Shown here: positions 1 to 8,655 of the stretch, piece by piece
Layout: every line of letters begins with the position of its first letter
Position numbering within the stretch: position 1 is the stretch's first letter
Source: Planctomycetota bacterium
Lineage (GTDB): Bacteria > Planctomycetota > SZUA-567
Length of the DNA stretch: 43,247 bases
NCBI GenBank assembly: GCA_016936955.1
Contig: JAFGWW010000082.1
Span: 1 to 43,247, forward strand
Direction: 5' to 3'
Program-made: the position numbers and the translations under genes
Notes under the pieces: generated by a model
Told to the model about the DNA's origin: nothing
The model's database searches: none
The model's input: the letters and a program-made list of their open reading frames with translations, nothing else

Positions 1-306
1 GTCCCCTCAACCATACTCCGGGGTAAACTTGAATTCGCCATCTCCACCGACGGTGCAAGCCCCGCCCTTGCAAAACGAATCGGGAAAGAGCTTGCCGAAA
101 CCTATCCGGAGTGGTATGGAAAATATGTAAACGCTCTCGGACGCGTGCGCTCGGCCCTGCGCGAAAAAATCGCGGATAGCGCAAAGCGCGCGGAAGCCCT
201 GCGCCATATTGCATCGCAAGAATCGGCCGCCGCATTGTCGGAGATGGACGAAGACTCGATTTATAAAAAGCTGATTGAAGACGCCATGAATTTTTCAGAA
301 GCATAA
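1..306 (+). CDS. sirC: precorrin-2 dehydrogenase / sirohydrochlorin ferrochelatase, C-terminal part (5' end outside window)
   Basis: Frame +1 is open from base 1 to TAA at 304-306. The translation ...KLEFAISTDGASPALAKRIGKELAETYPEWY... carries the ISTxGxSPxLAxxI signature of the Met8/SirC/CysG-N family. The protein ends about 85 aa later with no uroporphyrinogen methyltransferase domain, so it is the stand-alone type. Confidence 0.75.
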   Translation, partial: VPSTILRGKLEFAISTDGASPALAKRIGKELAETYPEWYGKYVNALGRVRSALREKIADSAKRAEALRHIASQESAAALSEMDEDSIYKKLIEDAMNFSEA

Positions 307-316
307 GGAAACCGAA

Positions 317-1294
317 ATGCCCCATCCTGAAGAACGCCCCCGCCGCCTCCGCACCAGCCCGGGAATGCGCCGGCTTGTAAGAGAGACCCGCCTCTCGGTC
401 GACAGCCTCGTCATGCCGCTTTTTATTCGGGAAGGCGAGAACGTGCGCGAGCCGATCGGGAGCATGCCCGGTCTTCTCCGCTATTCGCCTGACACTTGCG
501 CCGAGGCGGTAGAGAAAATTGTCCAGGCAAAAATACCTGCCGTCCTTCTTTTCGGCCTCCCGGGCAGAAAAGCTGACGACGGCAGCCCCGCGTGGGATGA
601 GAAGGGAGCCGTCCCGTCCGCCATCCGGGAGATCAAAAAACGCTTCCCCGAACTTGTGGTCATTACCGACGTCTGCCTCTGCGCCTACACCACCCACGGC
701 CATTGCGGTTTGGTGATCAACGATTACATTGCAAACGACGTGAGCCTGAACGCCCTCGCGCTTACCGCCCTCGGCCACGCGAAAGCCGGCGCCGACGTGG
801 TTGCCCCTTCCGACATGATGGACGGGCGCGTCAAAGCCATACGCGATATGCTGGAAAAGGAAAAGCTCGATCGCACGGCGATAATGTCCTACGCCGTAAA
901 ATACGCTTCGTCCTATTACGGCCCATTCCGTGACGCGGCGGAGAGCGCCCCCTCTTTCGGCGACCGCCGCACCCATCAGATGGACCCCGCCAACGTGCGC
1001 GAGGCTTTGCGCGAGGCGCGCCTCGATGTTGGTGAAGGAGCGGACATGCTTATGGTAAAACCCGCGCTGGCTTACCTCGACGTAATCCGGGCGGTAAAGG
1101 AAAACTTCGATCTCCCGCTGGCGGCGTACAATGTGAGCGGTGAGTACAGCATGGTCAAGGCGGCGGCGGAAAAAGGATGGATAGATGAGAAGGCGGTTGT
1201 CCTCGAAACCCTGACCGCCATGCGCCGCGCGGGCGCGGATATCCTGATTACCTATCACGCCCTCGACGTTGCGGGGTGGTTGCGGGAAGAGTAA
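317..1294 (+). CDS. hemB: porphobilinogen synthase (delta-aminolevulinate dehydratase), Zn-type
   Basis: 325 aa. It has the N-terminal RPRRLRTSPGMRRLVRET, the Cys-rich metal site DVCLCAYTTHGHCG and the Schiff-base lysine region MLMVKPALAYLD. An AAGGAA RBS-like element lies upstream. Confidence 0.95.
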   Translation: MPHPEERPRRLRTSPGMRRLVRETRLSVDSLVMPLFIREGENVREPIGSMPGLLRYSPDTCAEAVEKIVQAKIPAVLLFGLPGRKADDGSPAWDEKGAVPSAIREIKKRFPELVVITDVCLCAYTTHGHCGLVINDYIANDVSLNALALTALGHAKAGADVVAPSDMMDGRVKAIRDMLEKEKLDRTAIMSYAVKYASSYYGPFRDAAESAPSFGDRRTHQMDPANVREALREARLDVGEGADMLMVKPALAYLDVIRAVKENFDLPLAAYNVSGEYSMVKAAAEKGWIDEKAVVLETLTAMRRAGADILITYHALDVAGWLREE

Positions 1295-1320
1295 CTGCCG
1301 CCATATTTATTTGCATTAAA

Positions 1321-1356
1321 AACGCAGGCGATGCCCCCAAAGGCACCGCCTGCGTT
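1321..1356. terminator. bidirectional intrinsic terminator between convergent hemB and bfr
   Basis: Perfect 10-bp stem aacgcaggcg (1321-1330) / cgcctgcgtt (1347-1356). It is flanked by an A-run on the left and a T-rich tract on the right, so it reads as hairpin plus U-tract on both strands. Confidence 0.6.
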
Positions 1357-1374
1357 TATTAATCCGGCTTTTTC

Positions 1375-1908
1375 TTACTGCGCTGCTTCGCGGGCCACAA
1401 AACCTTGCGTGTTGAGGCCGGTGGTGGACGGCGTGCCAGCTTTCTGGGCAAGGAAAGCGGCGCCAAGAGATGAGATGTGGGTTTTGATGTTATCGAAATA
1501 GTTCAGGTGAACCTGCTCTTCTTCGATAATCGTCTCAAACATCTGCATGCTCATGTTGTCGGAGTTTTCGCGGCAGACGGCGAGGAACTCATTGTACGCT
1601 TCGATGGTCTTATCCTCGGCGTTCGAGTCGTAATCGTAAATCGCCTTGACCTCCTGCCCTTTATCCACGCCGCAGCAGGGATCAGTGGTCGGCTCGCCGC
1701 CGAGTTCCTTGATCCTCTCGGCAAACATCTCGGCATGGCGCATCTCGTCGATAGCAATAAGCTTCATCTTCGCCGCAAGCTCGCCATAGTCCATGTCATC
1801 GAGTCCGTAATGTTGGTTCATATACTGGCCGATCGCCTGAAGCTCCATTGAGCGCGCCTTGTTCAGAACGTCGATCACGGATTTTTTCTTCTTACCCAAC
1901 TTGGCCAT
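1375..1908 (-). CDS. bfr: bacterioferritin (Desulfovibrio-type, with C-terminal tail)
   Basis: 177 aa, with VIDVLNKARSMELQAIGQYMNQHY, IAIDEMRHAEMFAERIKELGGEPT and IIEEEQVHLNYF. The di-iron Glu/His ligands and the haem-ligating Met (IDEM) are present. From memory it strongly resembles D. desulfuricans Bfr, including the ~30-aa tail. Confidence 0.85.
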   Translation of the reverse strand: MAKLGKKKKSVIDVLNKARSMELQAIGQYMNQHYGLDDMDYGELAAKMKLIAIDEMRHAEMFAERIKELGGEPTTDPCCGVDKGQEVKAIYDYDSNAEDKTIEAYNEFLAVCRENSDNMSMQMFETIIEEEQVHLNYFDNIKTHISSLGAAFLAQKAGTPSTTGLNTQGFVAREAAQ

Positions 1909-1980
1909 CTCAATCCTCCTTATAATTTACGAATCGCAAAAACCATTCTATATAAAAACAGATGCTAAATTAAAATCATC

Positions 1981-3015
1981 TCAACTCGGCCTCGCTGCGA
2001 CGCTCTCTGCCGAGAAAAACACAGGGCTCGTTTTTTTGAACTCACGAACCGAAAGGAGCATCCTCCCGTCCACAAGCCCGGCCTCGCGCTCAGTTTGCTC
2101 CCGCTTTTCGCAAAGCTCCTCCTCGCTCCCGGCGTGAATCATCGCAAAAAGATTATAGGGAAACTCCCTGACCGCCGCCCGCGCGTAACAGTGGGTAACC
2201 TCCCCAACCGCCGCGAGCCGGTGCCCTTTCTCCTCAATCCGGTTTTCCGGAACAGCCCACACGCACATGCCGTTTGCGCTGTAACCGGCACGGCGATGGC
2301 GCAAAATCGCGGCGACCCGGCGAAGCGCTCCGGAGATATTCCAGCGGCGCAATTTCAAAAGCAGATCATCCTCGCTTATCCCGACCCGCCCTGCAATTTC
2401 CGCATAAAGTCTAGCCACGAGAGGCACCGACCCCTGCATGTTGCGCACAATTTCCATGTCGGTTGAATCCATCTTCTCCGTCCCAGCTGGCGAGATCTCG
2501 GGCTGAACTTCGCTGCCATTTTCCACCCCCATGTCAGCCGCGCGGAAAAGCACCTGAAGCTTGAACCTGCATATCGCTGGAAGATCGAGAAGCGGATAGG
2601 GGCGCAGGGATTCGCGCAGAGCTTCGACGGAAGACGCAAAAGTTTCGGCTGGGGCGGTAAGGGTAAACCATAGATTCGGGCATTCCGCGAAGGTCGAACC
2701 CAGCAGCTTACGCTCGTAAGAATGGGTGATGCCTGAATGGGTAGCGAAGAGGGACGCGACTTTCGCAAGTTCGTTCACGTCGACTCTGGCCGCGCATAGC
2801 GTGCTAGAATAGCCAAGGCGGCGGGAATCGAAAACCCCACCCACCCGGCGGATCAGACCCTTGTCAAAAAGCCCTGAGATCTTGTCGATTACCGAGCTTT
2901 CGGAAAGGCCGAGTTCGGAACCGATAATGGAAAAGGGTGAACTCTCCAGAGGCAGGCCTTGCTGGATGCGCCAGAGAAATGCGCCAAGGTCGGGGTTTGT
3001 CATGCAATCGTGCAT
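1981..3015 (-). CDS. ahbAB: siroheme decarboxylase, fused AhbA/AhbB (NirDL-like) two-module protein
   Basis: 344 aa made of two tandem AsnC/Lrp-type HTH plus NirD-like halves. The first is LWRIQQGLPLESSPFSIIGSELGLSESSVIDKISGLFDKGLIRRVGGVFDSRRLGY. The second is DMEIVRNMQGSVPLVARLYAEIAGRVGISEDDLLLKLRRWNISGALRRVAAILRHRRAGY. An alternative start is MTNPD, 4 codons in. Confidence 0.75.
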   Translation of the reverse strand: MHDCMTNPDLGAFLWRIQQGLPLESSPFSIIGSELGLSESSVIDKISGLFDKGLIRRVGGVFDSRRLGYSSTLCAARVDVNELAKVASLFATHSGITHSYERKLLGSTFAECPNLWFTLTAPAETFASSVEALRESLRPYPLLDLPAICRFKLQVLFRAADMGVENGSEVQPEISPAGTEKMDSTDMEIVRNMQGSVPLVARLYAEIAGRVGISEDDLLLKLRRWNISGALRRVAAILRHRRAGYSANGMCVWAVPENRIEEKGHRLAAVGEVTHCYARAAVREFPYNLFAMIHAGSEEELCEKREQTEREAGLVDGRMLLSVREFKKTSPVFFSAESVAARPS

Positions 3016-3138
3016 CGCGGCTTACCTCTCTAATACCTCACCGACAGGTTGCGCCTGAAAAAGGTTTCATGTATCTGCCCCATCCTGCGTCTAAAATATA
3101 CGCATTCAAAAATAAAGTAAATGCCTATTTTCACGCGC

Positions 3139-4296
3139 TCAGGTGATTCCGATTTCTTCGTCGCTTAAATAGCATGCCGGATCGGAAGCCCACATATCGC
3201 CAGTCGCCGCTTCGGCGCGAACCCGCAGATTGCCATTACATATTGGAAGATGCCTGCATGCCCCGCACCGCTCTTTAAGCAAACCCTGCCTGTCCCGAAG
3301 CGCTCCCAGAAGAGGCTGCGAGGGGTCTGACCATATCTCGCCGAAACTTTTTTCATGCACATTGCCCACGCATTGATTGCGCCAGAACTGGTCGGGATAA
3401 ACCGAGCCGTCCCAGCCTACGCTCGCAATGGCAACGCCGCTTGCGTTGCCCCCGTTGCTTTTGAGAAGTTCCTCTACCTCGGCCGCGCGGGGATGGTTCT
3501 CTTCTTTCAAAATTTGAAGAAGATAAACCCCATCGGCATGGTTGTCGACCGTCAGGATTTCCTTGTCTATACCCCGGCGGTAAAGTTCGCGGGTGCGGGC
3601 GACGAGAAGGTCTATGGCCGCCCGCGTCTCCTGCGGGGTAAGGTCGGCGTCCTGCATCGCGCCCCCGCGACCGGCGTAGGCAAGATGATAAAAACAGGCG
3701 CGCGGAATATCCTCCTCGACCAGCAGGTCGAAAACGCCGCCAAGGTCGTCTTTGTTATGAGCGGTAATCGTAAAGCGCAACCCGACCTTGAGCCCGGCCG
3801 CGCGGCAATTGCGAATACCTGTTAACGCCTCCCTGAAGGCGCCCGCCTTTCCGCGGAAACGGTCGTTTACTTTTTCAAGGCCGTCGAGGCTTACGCCCAC
3901 GTAATCCACATTCAGCTCTTTGAGGCGCGCAGCTTTTTCTTCGCTTATCAGCGTACCGTTGGTGCTGATGACGACGTGAAGCTTTTTTGCGCGGGCGTGG
4001 GCGACCCACTCGAAGAGATGAGGATGGAAAAGCGGTTCGCCGCCTGAAAAAAGCAGGACCGGCACGCCGTAATCGGCAAGGCTGTCGATAAAAGCGTAAC
4101 CTTTTTCAAGGTCATCCCAGCTTGCCCTGATATTTTCCGAAGAGTGGGAATAACAATGAAGGCAGCGGAGGTTGCATTGCTGGGTAATATTCCAGACCAC
4201 GATCGGCCTGCGCGGCTTGCCCGACTGGCGATGGCGATAACGAAGTTTATCAAAAGGTTCCGACTCGGAACACAACAACCGGGAGATGCCAATCAC
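3139..4296 (-). CDS. radical SAM/SPASM enzyme, NirJ/AhbC/AhbD family (haem branch)
   Basis: 385 aa. It has the radical-SAM cluster motif QQCNLRCLHCY, FSGGEPL, and a C-terminal auxiliary Cys cluster CGACRHLPIC...ACY. It lies directly upstream of the AhbA/B-like gene on the same strand. Confidence 0.7.
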   Translation of the reverse strand: MIGISRLLCSESEPFDKLRYRHRQSGKPRRPIVVWNITQQCNLRCLHCYSHSSENIRASWDDLEKGYAFIDSLADYGVPVLLFSGGEPLFHPHLFEWVAHARAKKLHVVISTNGTLISEEKAARLKELNVDYVGVSLDGLEKVNDRFRGKAGAFREALTGIRNCRAAGLKVGLRFTITAHNKDDLGGVFDLLVEEDIPRACFYHLAYAGRGGAMQDADLTPQETRAAIDLLVARTRELYRRGIDKEILTVDNHADGVYLLQILKEENHPRAAEVEELLKSNGGNASGVAIASVGWDGSVYPDQFWRNQCVGNVHEKSFGEIWSDPSQPLLGALRDRQGLLKERCGACRHLPICNGNLRVRAEAATGDMWASDPACYLSDEEIGIT

Positions 4297-4379
4297 AATT
4301 TACCCTTCAAGCAATTTCCCTCACCTTACCGCGCAACACCCATCCTAATCGGGCGATAATTACTGTCAATGAAAAGCGT

Positions 4380-5372
4380 CTATCTTACAGCCCAGGCTTC
4401 TTTCATCCTGACCATCCCCTCATCGGTTGACACCTTCGGCGTCCATCCAAGATCGCGCTCCGCCTTGTCGGTTCTGAACCAGTGGCTGGTCGCAAGCTGC
4501 AAGGCAAGGAACCGCGTCATCAAGGGATCCGAATCTTTTCCGAGTATGCGGTAAATGGTTTCAAAAACCGCGCCGAGAAAATAAGCCGTGCCTTTGCCTA
4601 TCTTTTTCCTTACCGGTGGGCAGTCGAGAGTATCAAGCACCTTGCCGATAAATTCCCAGCACGTCACCGGTTCTTTCTCGTTAATGAAATACGCCTGCCC
4701 GCAAACCGGAGAACCACTCGCCAACCGGTCGCACGCCGCAAGGTGGGCGTCGGCCACATTCTCCACATAACTCACGCTGATGAGATTATCGCCGGGCCCG
4801 ACCTGCACAAGCCTTCCCGCCTTCGCCCTCTCCACCACGCGGGGAATCAGGTTCGTATCCCCCGGCCCCCAGATCAGGTGCGGGCGCAGGCTGCATGTAA
4901 ACACCCCGTCCCCTCCGTTCGCGTTCAGGATTTTCCTCTCCGCCTCGGCCTTGGTGGCTGCGTAGTTAGTGAGGAACGATTCGGGATAGGGCAGGCTTTC
5001 GTCGCCGCCATCGATAGGATCGTGACCGTACACCACGCTCGGCGTGCTGGTATATATGAGTTTCGTGACGCTATTTTTCCGGCACCCTTTAAGAATATTA
5101 TCCGCGCCCAGAACGTTCGGCTTGTAATAGCTCTCGAAACTTCCCCACACCCCCGCCTTCGACGCGACATGGAAAACCGCGTCCATTCCAGAGCATGCAG
5201 CGCACACCTTTTCATCGTCCGCGAGATCGACCTTGAGGCATTCAACCCCCATGGACGCAAGGTCGGGGTAATCGTGCCGGCCAATGACCCGCACCTCGTC
5301 TCCCCGTTCGAGAAGTTTCTTCACTATATGATGGCCGAGGAAGCCTCCCCCGCCGGTTACCAGAGCTTTCAT
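4380..5372 (-). CDS. NAD(P)-dependent epimerase/dehydratase, 3-beta-hydroxysteroid dehydrogenase-like SDR
   Basis: 330 aa. Rossmann motif VTGGGGFLGHHIV at the N-terminus and extended-SDR catalytic YxxxK (NYAATKAEAE). Confidence 0.8.
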   Translation of the reverse strand: MKALVTGGGGFLGHHIVKKLLERGDEVRVIGRHDYPDLASMGVECLKVDLADDEKVCAACSGMDAVFHVASKAGVWGSFESYYKPNVLGADNILKGCRKNSVTKLIYTSTPSVVYGHDPIDGGDESLPYPESFLTNYAATKAEAERKILNANGGDGVFTCSLRPHLIWGPGDTNLIPRVVERAKAGRLVQVGPGDNLISVSYVENVADAHLAACDRLASGSPVCGQAYFINEKEPVTCWEFIGKVLDTLDCPPVRKKIGKGTAYFLGAVFETIYRILGKDSDPLMTRFLALQLATSHWFRTDKAERDLGWTPKVSTDEGMVRMKEAWAVR

Positions 5373-5477
5373 TTAACTTTCCCTTTGCTCGAATTAACTT
5401 AACGCTCGCAAACATCATTTCTGCAATAAAGATATTATCCGTACCGATTCTACAGGAAAGGATATTATTCCGGACAA

Positions 5478-5506
5478 TAAAAAAGCGCGAGCCTTACGCC
5501 CGCGCT
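5478..5506 (-). terminator. intrinsic terminator after beta-phosphoglucomutase
   Basis: The minus strand reads AGCGCGGGC-GTAA-GGCTCGCGCT followed by TTTTTTATT. This is a 9-10-bp stem with one mismatch, 24 nt after the pgmB stop. Confidence 0.6.
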
Positions 5507-5529
5507 GTTTATTTTTATCCCTTGTCCTC

Positions 5530-6177
5530 TCAGCAGCCGACCATTTCTTCTATATCGACCTTGGTCATATCTTCCGCTGCGGCTTGGGCGCCGGGGTGGT
5601 CGATCGCCGCGCCTACGGCAAAAGCCCCCATCTTTCCAGCAAGGGCGGCATCGATGCCAGCATGGGCATCTTCAACAACCAGACATTTCTCCGGCGCAAT
5701 GCCGAGACGCTTGGCCGCGAGAAGAAAGACCTCCGGGTCTGGCTTGCTATTCTTGATATCATTGCCGTCGGCGATTGCGTCAAAACTCTTATCCATGCCG
5801 ATGCGCTTGAGAATCAGCGGCGTATTCCGGCTCGACGAACCGATCGCAACCTTGATCCCCATCGCCTTGAGTTTCCCGAGCGCCTCCTCCACTCCGGGAA
5901 GGATGTCGGCAGGGGTGATGTTATTGAGAAGCTCGCGGTAAAGGTCGTTCTTGGCGGTAGCCATGGAGACTTTCTCATCTTCGGTGTAACTCTTTTCCGC
6001 GCGTTCGAGAATAATCTCAAGGCTCTCCATGCGACTCACCCCGCGAAGGCGGTCGTTGATCTTGCGGTCAAAATATATGCCTTCCCCATCGGCGGTCTTC
6101 TGCCAGGCCTGATAGTGGTACTCGTCGGTGGAGACGATCACGCCGTCGAGGTCGAATATTACAGCTTCGTATTTCAT
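5530..6177 (-). CDS. pgmB: beta-phosphoglucomutase (HAD superfamily)
   Basis: 215 aa with the HAD nucleophile motif VIFDLDGVI, GSSSRN and VVEDAHAGIDAA. Its ATG overlaps the stop of the GH65 gene (TAATG), the classic GH65 + beta-PGM pairing. Confidence 0.85.
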   Translation of the reverse strand: MKYEAVIFDLDGVIVSTDEYHYQAWQKTADGEGIYFDRKINDRLRGVSRMESLEIILERAEKSYTEDEKVSMATAKNDLYRELLNNITPADILPGVEEALGKLKAMGIKVAIGSSSRNTPLILKRIGMDKSFDAIADGNDIKNSKPDPEVFLLAAKRLGIAPEKCLVVEDAHAGIDAALAGKMGAFAVGAAIDHPGAQAAAEDMTKVDIEEMVGC

Positions 6178-8480
6178 TACTTTCCTCCGATTCTGGATTT
6201 GGGCATTGCCACACTCAGGCCCTTGCCGCCGATCTTGCGCGTTTTGCCGAAGACTTCGACTTCAACGTCATCTTTCCCGGTGCGCGTAAAACTCACGTTT
6301 TTATTGTCAATCGTCACCACCACCAGCGCGCCCTTATAGCGCAGGCGGAAGCTGTACTTTGTCCAGCCTTTCGGCAGGGAGGGATTGAAGGAGAGGCGCG
6401 GGCTGTCGGTCCTTAGACCGCCGAAACCGTAAACCACATTCATCCACGCCGCCGCCATCGAGGTTGTGTGCAGTCCCGCGTCAGTATTGTTGTTGTAGTC
6501 GTCGAGGTCGAGGCGCGCCGCATGGCCCCAATACTTGATCGCCAGATCATGCTTGCCCAGTTCGGAAGCGAGGATCGAGTGGATGCCGGGCGAGAGGGAC
6601 GACTCGTGCGAGCAACGCGGCTCGTAATACTCAAAGTTGATCTTCTTTTCGCGGTCGCTGAAATCGTGGCTGTAAAAGAAAGGCATAAGCAGAACATCCG
6701 GCTGCTTGATCATGTCTGTCCGGAAAATGCGATAGTACGCCCAGTTTCGGTAAACCGGGAAATCCTCGTTCGGGATTGTCTTGTAATCGAGGTGGGGCAT
6801 GTTGAAGTAGCCTTCGTGCTGTTCATAAACCCCCTTCTTGTCTTTAGGCAGGTACATGTTGTCCGCCATCTTCTTCCACTCGCGTACTTCCTTCTCGTCG
6901 AGTTTGGTCTTTTTCGCGAGGCGCTTGTATTTATCCGGCGCCTTCTTCTGCATCTGGCCAAGAACTTCATTGGCGTAGTCGAAACATTTCATGGCCATGA
7001 AATTCGTATAGCAGTTATTGTTCACCATCATGTGGAACTCGTCGGCGCCCATGACACACCAGAAGCCGAACTTGCCGTTCTCCTGCCCCCAGCCGCCGCG
7101 ACTGGCGTAATAACGGCTTATCTCCACAAGCATCTCTGCGCCGTGGCTGTACAGGAAAGCGGTATCGCCCGTGTTGTTGGCATAATGCCATACGCCGTAA
7201 GCGACCGCCGCCGGGACGTGGATTTCAAGGTCGCCATGCTGCCAGACCGTGCAGGACTCACTGCCGTCGATAGTCTCCATCGGATAGCGCGCGCCTTTGC
7301 AGTCTTTCTCGCGGGCGCGGATCTTGGCCGGTTCGAGAGTTTTATAACGGTACTCGAGAAGGTTTTTCGCCGCCTTAACGTTGTTGAACATATAGAAAGG
7401 CAGGCAGTAGGTCTCGGTGTCCCACCACGTATGTCCGCCGTACTCCTCGCCGGTCAGCCCCTTGGCCGAAACGTTGAGATTGGCGTCCACGCCGTGGTAA
7501 GTCTGGTGAAGCTGGTAGATGCAGAAGCGCACGCCCTGCTGGTTTACCGGGTCGCCTTCGATAGTCATGTCGAGTTCGTCCCAGACTTTTTTCCAATAGC
7601 CAGTGTGCTTTTTTAACGCGCTGTCGAAATCTGCCTTGAGCAGCGCCTTCCTCCTCTTCTCCCCTTCCTTCCAGACCGCCGCCGAGGTCGCGCCGCTCTT
7701 GTCGGCGTAATTGACCACGCGCTTGCCCACAGTCTTGCTCTCACCGGGCTTGAGCTTGAAACTCATCTGGCGCGAGATATTTTTCTCCGACTTGATAACC
7801 TTGCCCGTGCACCCCGGCGCGTCGATCTCCATGCTCGCGTAAACATGCTGGCCGCTGCGGAGGGTCTTGCCGAGAATTGCCGCGCCGCTTCCGGCCGCCT
7901 CTTTCTTCACCTCGTTCCAGTAATTGACGCCGCGCTCGTGGTGGATGGTATTGAAGTCGAGACCCATGGTGAGTTTGATCTCGCCGGTGAAATCGACCGA
8001 CTCAAAACTTATGCGCTGGTATGCAAGCTCCGCCTGCACCATGCTGGTGAAGCGGTCAAAGACAAGCTTGATCGAGCCTCTCTTCGTCTTCCACACGAAA
8101 GAGCGCACAAGCTTGCCGGTACGGAGGTCAAGCTCGCGGTTGAACTTGCTGAACTTGGATTTGGCAAGGTCGAGCTTCTCGCCCGCCGCCTCGATTTTCG
8201 TATAAAGCCAGTCCACCGAATTGACCATGAAATGGAACCGGCGGATAAAGCCCTTGTAGTTCACCGCGTGGGAGACGTCTATCTCCTCGAAGATCCCGTT
8301 GAAAAAGCTGCCGATAAACTGCCCGCCGCCATAGCCCTCCTCGAAATACCCACGGGCGCCCATAAATTCGTTGCCCAGGGAAAATACGGATTCCGAAACC
8401 TCCGCGCGCTCCGGATGAAAGCCCTTCTCGATGATTTTCCACGGATCAACCTCAAGATACTGTTTCGCAATCTTCGGCAC
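6177..8480 (-). CDS. glycoside hydrolase family 65 disaccharide phosphorylase (maltose/kojibiose/trehalose/nigerose type; specificity not assignable)
   Basis: 767 aa with the GH65 catalytic-acid region GEEYGGHTWWDTETY. It is paired with beta-PGM. The start is GTG with AGGAGG 6 nt upstream. Confidence 0.9.
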   Translation of the reverse strand: MPKIAKQYLEVDPWKIIEKGFHPERAEVSESVFSLGNEFMGARGYFEEGYGGGQFIGSFFNGIFEEIDVSHAVNYKGFIRRFHFMVNSVDWLYTKIEAAGEKLDLAKSKFSKFNRELDLRTGKLVRSFVWKTKRGSIKLVFDRFTSMVQAELAYQRISFESVDFTGEIKLTMGLDFNTIHHERGVNYWNEVKKEAAGSGAAILGKTLRSGQHVYASMEIDAPGCTGKVIKSEKNISRQMSFKLKPGESKTVGKRVVNYADKSGATSAAVWKEGEKRRKALLKADFDSALKKHTGYWKKVWDELDMTIEGDPVNQQGVRFCIYQLHQTYHGVDANLNVSAKGLTGEEYGGHTWWDTETYCLPFYMFNNVKAAKNLLEYRYKTLEPAKIRAREKDCKGARYPMETIDGSESCTVWQHGDLEIHVPAAVAYGVWHYANNTGDTAFLYSHGAEMLVEISRYYASRGGWGQENGKFGFWCVMGADEFHMMVNNNCYTNFMAMKCFDYANEVLGQMQKKAPDKYKRLAKKTKLDEKEVREWKKMADNMYLPKDKKGVYEQHEGYFNMPHLDYKTIPNEDFPVYRNWAYYRIFRTDMIKQPDVLLMPFFYSHDFSDREKKINFEYYEPRCSHESSLSPGIHSILASELGKHDLAIKYWGHAARLDLDDYNNNTDAGLHTTSMAAAWMNVVYGFGGLRTDSPRLSFNPSLPKGWTKYSFRLRYKGALVVVTIDNKNVSFTRTGKDDVEVEVFGKTRKIGGKGLSVAMPKSRIGGK

Positions 8481-8504
8481 TGCTTGCCTCCTTTATTTTT
8501 TATA

Positions 8505-8522
8505 TGTACCATTTTTGGTATA
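8505..8522. promoter_or_regulatory. dyad-symmetric motif tgtaccaTTTTtggtata, candidate operator copy 1 (upstream of the GH65 operon)
   Basis: Arms TACCA/TGGTA around a 4-nt T spacer, 25-42 nt upstream of the GH65 GTG. It lies just downstream of a minus-strand TTGGAA-17-TACAAT promoter-like element. 17/18 identical to 16494-16511. Confidence 0.35.
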
Positions 8523-8655
8523 TGTCATTGTAGCGACTCCGTCCGCCTTTTCCAAGCACAAAATCTGGCGGGTCAATTCAGCCGCCTTTGATATATATCA
8601 CAATATTCTAAAAAAGCTCTTTGTCAAGTAGGTATGCAGTGATGAAAAGGGATTT

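Noticed and set aside
1909-1980. Fur box upstream of bfr (GATGATTTTAATTTAGCATC on the minus strand)
   Set aside because: It matches only about 10 of 19 positions of the GATAATGATAATCATTATC consensus. AT-rich promoter DNA gives this level of similarity by chance.
3139-4296. The radical SAM/SPASM protein as the anaerobic sulfatase-maturing enzyme for the Cys-type sulfatase at 11994-13454
   Set aside because: It is 8 kb away on the other strand. It sits directly beside AhbA/B-, HemB- and SirC-type genes, and its sequence pattern (ISTNG, VSLDG, NirJ-like) fits the haem branch better. This cannot be fully excluded without phylogeny.
8505-8522. The dyad motif as a sigma54 (-24/-12) promoter because of TGGTA
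   Set aside because: It lacks the GG-N10-GC spacing with a TTGC -12 element, and no enhancer-binding protein is nearby.
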